A stretch of DNA of 64,000 bases from Candidatus Uhrbacteria bacterium. Lineage in GTDB: Bacteria; Patescibacteriota; Patescibacteriia; UBA9934; GWF2-40-263. A program made the position numbers and the translations under genes. Position 1 is the first letter of the stretch, and each line of letters starts with the position of its first letter. Shown piece after piece: positions 27,453 to 35,243 of the stretch. The DNA lies in contig JAPLZK010000002.1 of the NCBI GenBank assembly GCA_026395055.1, forward strand, positions 128,154 to 192,153, in the 5' to 3' direction. The notes beneath the pieces were generated by a model that was not told the origin of the DNA, made no database searches, and saw only the letters and a list, made by a program, of their open reading frames with translations.

Positions 27453-27947
27453 ATGTTTCTTCAGTCACGTTTTCAGTTTTTGGCTACCTGGGATTCGCTG
27501 AGGCCCAAAGTTCAGCGCGCGTTCCTTGCGGGAAAGATCACGTATGAGGAGGCGCAACAGTTCTCGACACGTTCGTGTCTTGAGAACAAGCGACTCAACG
27601 TACAGGTGGAACTTCTTCACACCAAGCGTCATGAAGTTCTGTTCCGCACGCATGCGGACATCAACAATCCGCACAAAGACATTCAAGCACTCGCCGATGA
27701 ACTTGATCGCATGCCGGAACACGTTGCCATGCAGGTGATGGGTGGCAAGCTCACGCTCGTGCAAGCGCGCTTCGCGGATCGCAACAAGTTTGGCGCGAAA
27801 GGCGTGCAAGACTTGTGCCACACGAACACGCCGACGCTTCCGTATCGCGTGCGCAAATTTGCGTCCGGCACGGAACATTCGGTTCGCAGCTTCGTCCAGG
27901 TTCGTTCGCGCAGTCGCTTTGCGCATCCGTCCTCGCGGCGCAAGTAA
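27453..27947 (+). CDS. Hypothetical basic protein
   Basis: 164-aa ORF with a consensus promoter and RBS. Arg-rich C-terminus, no recognised family, GC-rich. Confidence 0.5.
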   Translation: MFLQSRFQFLATWDSLRPKVQRAFLAGKITYEEAQQFSTRSCLENKRLNVQVELLHTKRHEVLFRTHADINNPHKDIQALADELDRMPEHVAMQVMGGKLTLVQARFADRNKFGAKGVQDLCHTNTPTLPYRVRKFASGTEHSVRSFVQVRSRSRFAHPSSRRK

Positions 27948-28009
27948 TTCCTTCTCGATCTCCTTTTCATAGGAGGTCTTTTTTGTTTGGTGTGATATTC
28001 TACGTCCGT

Positions 28010-28789
28010 ATGATTGGTATTTTTGATTCTGGGATGGGTGGTCTGACGGTCGCCATGGCGATTCGTGAGCGTGCACCGCTCGCAGATTTTGTGTACTTCG
28101 CGGATCTTGCAAACATGCCGTTTGGAGAAAAGTCTGAGGAAGAACTTTTACACATCACAAAACACGCGATTCAATTTTTGATGGATCACGGTGCAACAGA
28201 GATTGTCGCTGCGTGTAATAGCGTCTCCATGCTTGCATCTGGTTTGCGATCAGAAATTCATATTCCCATTATGGAAATGTCCGAGCCGACGGTTTGCGCA
28301 CTTGCACAGGACCACCCCCAACCCCTCCTTGTAAAGGAGGAGAGTTTGCCATCTATTCTTGTTGTGGCAACAGAAGCAACGGTTCGATCGGGGATGTATG
28401 CGCGGGCGTTTGCCGCACAAGGAATCAAGATTGAGTCGATGGCGATTCCTGTACTCGCATCTGCAATTGAGCGAGATGCGTCTCGGATGGAACTTCGAGA
28501 AATTATTTTACCTGCCGTCAAGTATGCAATCACGATGAATGCGAAGACTCTCGTGCTTGGTTGCACACAATACCCATTCGCTCGATCTCTTTTTGAAGAG
28601 ATGTTTTTTGAACAAAACTATTTCATCGAAGTGTTTGATCCAGCCGACGCCGTTGCAGAAGAAGTCGTTTCACAATTTGATGTGCGGGGAAGGGGAGAGC
28701 AAACGTTTTTCGTTTCCAAGTCTTCCGAGGTGTTCGATCGATCTGTTCGAGAGTTCTTCAGTTCCAAATCATTGATCTCGATTCCTTGA
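28010..28789 (+). CDS. murI: Glutamate racemase
   Basis: N-terminal FDSGMGGLTV, then CNSVS and a second conserved Cys region (VLGCTQYPF). Start at MIGIFDSG. Confidence 0.85.
   Translation: MIGIFDSGMGGLTVAMAIRERAPLADFVYFADLANMPFGEKSEEELLHITKHAIQFLMDHGATEIVAACNSVSMLASGLRSEIHIPIMEMSEPTVCALAQDHPQPLLVKEESLPSILVVATEATVRSGMYARAFAAQGIKIESMAIPVLASAIERDASRMELREIILPAVKYAITMNAKTLVLGCTQYPFARSLFEEMFFEQNYFIEVFDPADAVAEEVVSQFDVRGRGEQTFFVSKSSEVFDRSVREFFSSKSLISIP
28311..28342. repeat. In-frame palindromic mini-element inside murI (inverted orientation: C-run then hairpin)
   Basis: cacccccaa-cccctcctt-gtaaa-ggaggag. Encodes HPQPLLVKEES. Confidence 0.6.
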
Positions 28790-28841
28790 CAAATTGTCTT
28801 TACACAGGTATTTTGCGCGAGCACTTGTGCACGAGGTTTAC

Positions 28842-30149
28842 ATGGAACAGATTGCAGAAATGGCTCATCGGATTCGCATTCACGATTTTACGTTTTGCGC
28901 GCAGCCAAACGCAGACGGGTTCTCGCTCGGAGAAATTCCTGGCATTGGTATGTACCCAGATCGTTCCGCCCTTCTTCAGGGAACATGTTTCCTGGATGGG
29001 GGATTGCATACAGATGTGGCAGAAGAACATCTTCATATGTATCTGCATCCGCTTGGAATTGGTGCGAAAGAAATTCGGTTCGTGAAAGGCGAATCGTTGT
29101 TCGAGGGGATTTTGAACGATCCGTTTGAACGCACTCGTCTGTGTCGCGAATTGTCGAATGGCGTTCCGACTACGCTTGAGGCGTTCTCTGCATCTGATGC
29201 GTGGGATCGATTTGTAGGAGCGCTCAACATTGATCCGTCTCGTTTGCGCACACCGGCAACGTCTGTGATGCGCACGCTCGATGACAAAGAAGCTATTCGT
29301 CGCCTCGCACACACGCTTGGTCTTGACGACGTGTTTCCGAAACACGTGTTTACCCTTGATGTGCACGAAACACTCGCGCGTATTCAAGAGTTTCGTGTTC
29401 AGTTCCCGCAACTGATTGTGGTGAAGCGCCCGGATTTGGAAAGTGGTGTTGGGCAATTGCTCATTGATCCGCAAACGTCCGAAGAACAGATTTTCGCCTA
29501 TGTGCGAGAGTACTGCACGGGACATCGTCCGATCATTGTGGAAGAAGGAGTGTTTGGCATCGAAGGTTCAGTTCAGTGGCACGTGAGTCCGCAAGGATTG
29601 GAATCAAGATTCTTTAGCCTGCAGTACACACACGCCGGAACACACCAAGGAAATGTGATTGCCCCTACGGGCGTGGCATGTCTTCCGGAAGATTGGCCGC
29701 TCGCATGGCGTGAGCGTGTCGTAGAAAAGATCTGGGCGACCACGGAAACATTTGTGAAGTGGGTCGCCGCTCGTGGGTTCATTGGTCCAATCGGATTCGA
29801 TTTCATCATGAACAAAAACGCATTCTCTCTTCTTGAGTGCAATGCGCGCACAACGGCCGCAACGTATCTTGAAAGTGTGCGTTGGCAGATTGAACGACAA
29901 GGACACGCAAACGTCACTGCCGCCATGAAGAACGCGTATCCAAAACGCGCACGCACATGGAAAGATTCTGTGCGCATGCTGGAACAACATTCGAACAACC
30001 TTGCGTTCAATGCAAAGACCGGTGTTGGGGTGATTGTCGCAAATCCGCGACTGTTTCATTTGGATTCTCCGAAGTGTTTGCTCATCTCTGCGGGTGCGGA
30101 CATTGCGCAAGCAGAGTCGTCTCTTGAACAAGCGCGAAAGATTCTCTGA
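28842..30149 (+). CDS. ATP-grasp superfamily amide-bond ligase with a pre-ATP-grasp N-terminal region (glutathionylspermidine-synthase-like family)
   Basis: C-terminal motif GPIGFDFIMNKNAFSLLECNARTTA matches the GSP-synthetase-type ATP-grasp core (E.N.R). Start at MEQIAEM. Immediately downstream of murI. Confidence 0.5.
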   Translation: MEQIAEMAHRIRIHDFTFCAQPNADGFSLGEIPGIGMYPDRSALLQGTCFLDGGLHTDVAEEHLHMYLHPLGIGAKEIRFVKGESLFEGILNDPFERTRLCRELSNGVPTTLEAFSASDAWDRFVGALNIDPSRLRTPATSVMRTLDDKEAIRRLAHTLGLDDVFPKHVFTLDVHETLARIQEFRVQFPQLIVVKRPDLESGVGQLLIDPQTSEEQIFAYVREYCTGHRPIIVEEGVFGIEGSVQWHVSPQGLESRFFSLQYTHAGTHQGNVIAPTGVACLPEDWPLAWRERVVEKIWATTETFVKWVAARGFIGPIGFDFIMNKNAFSLLECNARTTAATYLESVRWQIERQGHANVTAAMKNAYPKRARTWKDSVRMLEQHSNNLAFNAKTGVGVIVANPRLFHLDSPKCLLISAGADIAQAESSLEQARKIL

Positions 30150-30225
30150 TCCGTTTTCTGCGGATCTTTTTTTGTGGATAAGTACTTTACTTGACTAAAG
30201 TGCTTGGCTTTGATAGACTTTGTGT

Positions 30226-30537
30226 ATGAATCTGAATACCCCTGAAATTGAAGACTTGCTCAGAACCATTCGTTCGCTGCAAACACAGAAAGACGCCAAG
30301 GCGTTCTTTCGGGATTTACTCACAGAAAAAGAGATTCAAGAGTTGAGCATGCGCTGGAAAGCTGCGCAAATGCTTGCAGAGAACATTCCTTACGTTGAAA
30401 TTCAAAAACAAACGGGCCTCAGTTCTGCAACCGTCGCCCGCATTTCTAAATGGTTATCCTCTGGTATGAACGGCTACAAAAAAATGATCACACGTAATTC
30501 ACATACGCACCCTTCACCCAAGAAGGCGCGGTCTTAG
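30226..30537 (+). CDS. TrpR-like YerC/YecD family protein
   Basis: LLTEKEIQELSMRWKAAQML...GLSSATVARISKWL is typical of the small TrpR-related YerC/YecD family. Confidence 0.65.
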   Translation: MNLNTPEIEDLLRTIRSLQTQKDAKAFFRDLLTEKEIQELSMRWKAAQMLAENIPYVEIQKQTGLSSATVARISKWLSSGMNGYKKMITRNSHTHPSPKKARS

Positions 30538-30559
30538 CATTCCGGTTTTTCGGAGTGAG

Positions 30560-30590
30560 ACACCCTTCTTGGTTGAAGGGTGTTTTTGTT
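30560..30590 (+). terminator. Rho-independent terminator
   Basis: acacccttc-ttggtt-gaagggtgt followed by TTTTGTTT. Confidence 0.65.
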
Positions 30591-30595
30591 TCTAG

Positions 30596-30631
30596 GCCCT
30601 CCCCCTGCAAAGGGGGAGCTGGAGGGGGTTC
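30596..30631. repeat. Palindromic G-rich mini-element overlapping the RBS of the GNAT gene
   Basis: ccctccccct-gcaaa-gggggag followed by ctggagggggtt. The ggaggggg run lies 6 nt upstream of the ATG at 30634. Confidence 0.6.
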
Positions 30632-30633
30632 CC

Positions 30634-31227
30634 ATGCGTATTCGTCGGTTTCAAATGAAAGACATGGTAGAGATGGTTGTGTTGTATCAGAAATGTTTTT
30701 CAGAGGCGCCGTGGTTTGAGGTGCATGATGCAAAAGATGTGCAACGCATGTTTCGAAAATATGCGAAGACGGATGCAAAACCGGATATGGTTGTGTGTGT
30801 CTGTGAACAAGATGGTCGTTTGGTTGGGGGAGCGATCGGTTTCCACATCTGGTATAAACAAGAGGTGCTCAAATTGATTTCGGCACATTGCGAAATCCAT
30901 TTCAGCGCACACGACTCTGTTGATCGTGAACCGTACCAAGAAATTCAGGGAGTCTTCTACTTCGCCGAACTGTTTGTGGATCCGTCTGTTCGTGGACAGG
31001 GAATTGGAAAGGCCTTGATTGAAGAGCGTCTTGCGTTTGCTCGTCGTCGTGGTTATCAGAAAGGAGTTGTTCGCACGTCTCTGGATCAAAAAGTGATTCA
31101 GCATCTCTACAAAGATCAACTTGGGTTCAAAGAAGTTGCGCGTCAGGCGTTGCTTGCGAAGAAGTTGATTGACGGTGTCGAAGAGGAACTCGCGTACACG
31201 AGTGTGATCATGGTCGGAAAAATTTAG
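30634..31227 (+). CDS. GNAT family N-acetyltransferase
   Basis: Acetyl-CoA binding motif (VDPSVRGQGIGKALIEE) and GNAT fold features. Start at MRIRRFQ. Confidence 0.75.
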   Translation: MRIRRFQMKDMVEMVVLYQKCFSEAPWFEVHDAKDVQRMFRKYAKTDAKPDMVVCVCEQDGRLVGGAIGFHIWYKQEVLKLISAHCEIHFSAHDSVDREPYQEIQGVFYFAELFVDPSVRGQGIGKALIEERLAFARRRGYQKGVVRTSLDQKVIQHLYKDQLGFKEVARQALLAKKLIDGVEEELAYTSVIMVGKI

Positions 31228-31258
31228 ATGGGCGGGTCTCGACCCGCCCCTACGTCTA

Positions 31259-31288
31259 CAGACGCAACTTCATGCGTCTGTTTTTTTT
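31259..31288 (+). terminator. Rho-independent terminator
   Basis: cagacgca-acttca-tgcgtctg followed by TTTTTTTT. Preceded by an extra GC hairpin gggcgggtc-tcg-acccgccc (31230-31249). Confidence 0.7.
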
Positions 31289-31296
31289 GTTCAACA

Positions 31297-31328
31297 AAAA
31301 ACCTCCCTGTGCATGTGCAGAGGGAGGC
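31297..31328 (-). terminator. Terminator for nadE (minus strand)
   Basis: Minus strand: cctccctctgcacatgcacagggagg followed by TTTTTT. Confidence 0.6.
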
Positions 31329-31334
31329 GAGAGA

Positions 31335-33323
31335 TTACAGGCTGAGCTCTTCGATCATGGCGAGGACTTCCTCGATCCAGAGCGTGAGCGTGACGTCCGC
31401 AGGCGCGCGCCAATCGCCGCGAGGGCTGAGCGAGACACTTGCAACCTTGGGGCAGTCCGGCAGGTTTTGCCGTTTGAATTGCGCGTTTGAGAACCGAGTC
31501 AGAAACGCGAGGAGCCATTTCAGAATCGTTACGCGATCATATTCGCCCGCGAACGTGAGTTCCGCGAGCCAGGCAATTTTCCGCGGTGCGTAACCGTTTC
31601 GGATCATGTGCCAGAGGAAAAAGTCATGCAGGATGTACGGACCAATGAGATCTTCGGTCAATTGTTCGATCTCACCAGCCTTCTTTGGCTTTGTGAGTTC
31701 GGGCGAGATGGGCGTAGCGAGCACATCAAGGATTGCCTTGCGGATTTCCTTGAAGAGCTCAATGTCCGCCGCATAGCGCACGAGATATTTCACGAGGGTC
31801 TTCGGGATGTCGCCATTGGGGTTGTACATCGACTGTTGATCGCCGTTGTACGTGCACCAACCTTGCGCAATCTCAGAGAGGTCCCCGGTGCCAATCACGA
31901 ACCCGAGGTCCATGAGAATGTGCGTGCGTTCACGCGCTTGGGCGTTTTCGCACTTGAGGCACGTCCAGCACGGCTCGTGTCCAATGCTTCGCAGATGCGT
32001 CGTCACATTTTTCACAATCGAGATGTCTTTCCAGGTGACACCCGTTTGCCGGATGAGCTTCAGCGCATTTTTCTTGGTGCGCTTCGATGTGCCAGCTCCT
32101 GGCATGGTCACAGCAAGGATGCCCTTGCGATCCCAACCGAGTTCATCGAACGCACGAAGAACGAAGAGAAACGCGAGGAGCGAATCGAGGCCGCCCGAGA
32201 TGCCAATGACGACATCGCGGCGACCGGTTCCTTTTTCGAAACTCATGAGCCGACGCTTGAGCGCGGTCACGACGTGAGCATAAATGTCTTCGCACCGTTC
32301 GGTGCGCTTTTTTTCATCCGACGGAACAAACGGGAGTTTGTTCAGGTTGATGCGAGGCGCGGCAGCGATTTTGTCATCGACCGACTCGATCGTACATTCG
32401 ATATGTCGAAACGTTTTCGGATCGACCATGGAGGTCTGACCGAAACTTCCGGACATGAATCGTTCGCGTTCGAGCTTCTCCACGTCCACATCCGTGATGA
32501 GGAGTTGAGGTTCGAACTGAAACGGCTTGGAGCGTATGCGCATGTGACCGTTTTCTGCGATCATCGCGTCGCCGTCAAAGATGACGTCGCCGGAAGATTC
32601 CCACGGACCAGACGAAACATACAGGTACGCGCTCATGCAGTGTGCGGCCTGTTGCGTCACGAGGTCGTAGCGATACGAGCCCTTTCCGATCTCGCTGTTT
32701 GAAGCAGAGAGATTCGTAAGAATCGTCGCGCCCGCGTTCGCTTGGTGCGAACTCGGGGGGATCGGCATCCAGAGATCTTCGCAGATCTCGGTGCCGAGGC
32801 AAAAGATGCGGCGTTTGTTCGAACCGGTTCCGACGAACACATCGATCACATGATCGGTGCCGAAGGGGACACGTTGTCCGCAGAGTTCCACTTCCGATAC
32901 GGTCGCTTCGTACCCAGGCCGAAACCATCGCCCTTCGTAGAAGTGTTTGTAGTTCGGAATGAACGTCTTTGGCGTGATGCAGAGGATTACGCCTTTGTGC
33001 ATCGTGACCGCAACGTTGAACAACTTCTGGTTCACGAGCAGCGGCATGCCGACTTGAATGATCATGTCTGCATCGGCCGTTGTTTTGAGTAGCAAGCTCA
33101 ATCCGTCGATCGCTTTCTCATGGAGAAACGGTTGCAAGAACAGATCGCCGCAGGTGTAGCCCGTGAGCGACAGTTCTGGGAATGTGAGGAGCTGAACATG
33201 TTGATACGCTGCTTCCCCGACAAGCTTCGCCATTTCAAAAACGTTCATGAGCGGATTGGTGACATGCACCATCGGCACAGCAACCGCTGTACGAACAAGT
33301 CCAAACGCATTCTTGGGTTTCAT
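31335..33323 (-). CDS. nadE: Glutamine-dependent NAD+ synthetase (CN-hydrolase plus NAD synthetase domains)
   Basis: N-terminal nitrilase/CN-hydrolase domain, C-terminal PP-loop SGGLDS, 662 aa. RBS aaggaga. Confidence 0.85.
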   Translation of the reverse strand: MKPKNAFGLVRTAVAVPMVHVTNPLMNVFEMAKLVGEAAYQHVQLLTFPELSLTGYTCGDLFLQPFLHEKAIDGLSLLLKTTADADMIIQVGMPLLVNQKLFNVAVTMHKGVILCITPKTFIPNYKHFYEGRWFRPGYEATVSEVELCGQRVPFGTDHVIDVFVGTGSNKRRIFCLGTEICEDLWMPIPPSSHQANAGATILTNLSASNSEIGKGSYRYDLVTQQAAHCMSAYLYVSSGPWESSGDVIFDGDAMIAENGHMRIRSKPFQFEPQLLITDVDVEKLERERFMSGSFGQTSMVDPKTFRHIECTIESVDDKIAAAPRINLNKLPFVPSDEKKRTERCEDIYAHVVTALKRRLMSFEKGTGRRDVVIGISGGLDSLLAFLFVLRAFDELGWDRKGILAVTMPGAGTSKRTKKNALKLIRQTGVTWKDISIVKNVTTHLRSIGHEPCWTCLKCENAQARERTHILMDLGFVIGTGDLSEIAQGWCTYNGDQQSMYNPNGDIPKTLVKYLVRYAADIELFKEIRKAILDVLATPISPELTKPKKAGEIEQLTEDLIGPYILHDFFLWHMIRNGYAPRKIAWLAELTFAGEYDRVTILKWLLAFLTRFSNAQFKRQNLPDCPKVASVSLSPRGDWRAPADVTLTLWIEEVLAMIEELSL

Positions 33324-33373
33324 AGTGTCTCCTTGTCTTCTCGGTTGTAGGGAGCAGAATCAATTCGTCTGAT

Positions 33374-33428
33374 CTTCACGCGCTGACACATGTCGGCGGG
33401 TGGAGAAAAGGGCGATGTAAACATCGCC
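33374..33428. promoter_or_regulatory. Conserved intergenic module, copy A
   Basis: Inverted repeat cttcacgcgctgaca-ca-tgtcggcgggtggag, then aaaag, then hairpin ggcgatgtaaacatcgcc. On the minus strand this reads as hairpin, CUUUUCUCC, then the inverted repeat, upstream of the nadE RBS. Confidence 0.6.
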
Positions 33429-33479
33429 AGATGTTGTAGGGACAGGTCGTGACCTGTCCGATCGAATACGATCATGGGT

Positions 33480-34427
33480 CTAGTACAGAATATCGCCGTT
33501 GTGATCCCAGTTGCGGTAACCGTGACCATCGGGCTTGTGCACGATCGACTTCATGACCGTGCCGCCGTTTGCTTCTTCACAACGCGCGAACGTAACGTTC
33601 ACGCCGTGCGACTTCTCATCGAAAATGCCACCGACCAGGAACACAGGTGTGCCCCAGGGGAGTGGATTGCCGATGCGGACACCGTGCAGTTTTTGCTCGC
33701 CAAATTCGGTGAACTCAGCTTGCAGAGGCGCGATGTCGATCCAGTTCTTTGCGTTCCAGTCCACGACTTCTTGCGTTGCGCGGCCAACCGACTCCGGCCG
33801 CCATACTTCACGAATCACCACCATCTGCACACCGAGATTGCCCAGCACTTTGATGTACTCGAGAATCCCCGCAGCATCTTTCACGCCCGACTTGTTGATG
33901 ACAAGTGATGCACGCACAAGGAGTCCGAGTTCACGACATCGTTTGATAAGATCGGCGGGCGATTTCTTGATCAACATGAGTCCACGATTCTGTTCGAAGT
34001 CGTGGCTTGCAATCGAGAGTGTGATCATGGTGAGACCATAGCTGACCAAAGTGTCGAGCAAATGCTCTTTTGGCATGCCTGCCTGAAAAAGAAATCCGTT
34101 CGTATGCATATCTACAAGCGGAAGATATTTCGCACATTCCGTCACAACGTTCACGAGGTATTCTGGCGATTCCTGACTCGGATCCGCGCGACCCGTGAGA
34201 ATTGCATGCGTCGCGCCTGTGCGCTCAGCGAACCGGAGTCCGACGCGCAGTCGGTGTAGTTCGCATGTCTTCACGTCTTTTTCGTTTTCCATTTCCGTCC
34301 CGGGTGTTGTGCGACTGATGCAGAATTTGCATCCAGCCGTGCAGCGTTCTCGTGTCGAAAGCTGAACGGAAATGCTTTGCGCGCGCATCTGTCCGGAGCC
34401 GTGGGCGATTTGCCGATGTTCTGTCAT
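33480..34427 (-). CDS. Radical SAM protein (activase-like family)
   Basis: CxxxCxxC motif (CTAGCKFC), LTGRADP (LTGGEP-like) and TNG motifs. The start is the second Met (RBS gaaggag), because the longer six-frame ORF reads through the upstream intergenic element. Confidence 0.7.
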   Translation of the reverse strand: MTEHRQIAHGSGQMRAQSISVQLSTRERCTAGCKFCISRTTPGTEMENEKDVKTCELHRLRVGLRFAERTGATHAILTGRADPSQESPEYLVNVVTECAKYLPLVDMHTNGFLFQAGMPKEHLLDTLVSYGLTMITLSIASHDFEQNRGLMLIKKSPADLIKRCRELGLLVRASLVINKSGVKDAAGILEYIKVLGNLGVQMVVIREVWRPESVGRATQEVVDWNAKNWIDIAPLQAEFTEFGEQKLHGVRIGNPLPWGTPVFLVGGIFDEKSHGVNVTFARCEEANGGTVMKSIVHKPDGHGYRNWDHNGDILY

Positions 34428-34445
34428 TTGAATGTACTCCTTCAC

Positions 34446-34501
34446 CTTCACACGTCGACGAAATTGTCGGCGGGTGGAGAAAAGAGGTGAGAGACTCACC
34501 T
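34446..34501. promoter_or_regulatory. Conserved intergenic module, copy B
   Basis: cttcacacgtcgac-gaaatt-gtcggcgggtggag, then aaaag, then hairpin aggtgagagactcacct. Confidence 0.6.
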
Positions 34502-34523
34502 GAGAGAGTTGAACGCTGGAAGA

Positions 34524-35159
34524 TTACATGCCCCCTGTATTCGGCCAGCGTGTTTTGGGCGCGGCTTTCAGACGGCGGATTTCTTCTTTCAGTCGCATGT
34601 TCTGAATGTACAAACGAAATGCGTAGACGCGCAGATCGACGCAGACGTAGGTGTCTGCAAGAAATTCTTCTTCGGACACCCAATGGCGGATGATCTCTTC
34701 GCCCTCACCTGCAAGGCCGAATGTATCGTCGTCATGACCGGAAAGTTGATCGATCGTGATCTGTGCGTAGCAAAGGTGCGTGCGTTCCGGAATGATTCCG
34801 ACCGAGAGCACCATACTCACACCATTGTTCAAAACGATGATGGATTCTTCTGGGATGGTTGCGCCGAGTTCTTCCGAACCTTCCGCGACACACAGTTGCT
34901 TTGGCGAAACGTTTCGATCGAACCGACCTGCGAATGGGGTGATGAGTTCACCGGTTGGGTTCTCATCTGTCTGCACCGCAATGTGTGGCGAGCGAATGAG
35001 AAGCACACGCTTGTTCACGACGTCGTGGAGAATTCCGGCGACCGAGTCTGTGCAACGTACGATGTACCAGGGATTGCCCGTGACGGGGTGTTCCCATTCT
35101 TCGAGTCGCAAGAATTTGTTTTCGTAAAGGACGCGAACGAATGTTGCGGGTTTGGACAT
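34524..35159 (-). CDS. NUDIX hydrolase, ADP-ribose pyrophosphatase-like
   Basis: NUDIX box AGRFDRNVSPKQLCVAEGSEELG aligns with the NudF-type GX5EX7REUXEEXGU motif. RBS aaggag. Confidence 0.6.
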   Translation of the reverse strand: MSKPATFVRVLYENKFLRLEEWEHPVTGNPWYIVRCTDSVAGILHDVVNKRVLLIRSPHIAVQTDENPTGELITPFAGRFDRNVSPKQLCVAEGSEELGATIPEESIIVLNNGVSMVLSVGIIPERTHLCYAQITIDQLSGHDDDTFGLAGEGEEIIRHWVSEEEFLADTYVCVDLRVYAFRLYIQNMRLKEEIRRLKAAPKTRWPNTGGM

Positions 35160-35177
35160 GTGAGGAACTCCTTCTGA

Positions 35178-35233
35178 TCTTCACGCGTCGATAAGATATC
35201 GGCGAGTGGAGAAAAGGCTCGAGCGTTTCGAGC
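35178..35233. promoter_or_regulatory. Conserved intergenic module, copy C
   Basis: cttcacgcgtcgata-ag-tatcggcgagtggag, then aaaag, then hairpin gctcgagcgtttcgagc. Confidence 0.6.
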
Positions 35234-35243
35234 AGGTGTTGTC

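Noticed and set aside
27465-28112. 215-aa ORF on the minus strand overlapping the 27453-27947 gene and the murI 5' end
   Set aside because: Antisense to a plus-strand gene that has a consensus promoter and RBS. It has no RBS or promoter of its own, and GC-rich DNA inflates spurious antisense ORFs.
31608-32702. 364-aa plus-strand ORF inside nadE
   Set aside because: Antisense to the NAD synthetase gene. GC-rich artefact.
34428-34499. Longer start (34499) for the radical-SAM gene and 14255 or 26168 starts for neighbouring genes as given by the ORF track
   Set aside because: The longer ORFs read through conserved intergenic elements or begin inside promoter hexamers (TTG of TTGACA). Downstream ATGs with good Shine-Dalgarno sequences are preferred.
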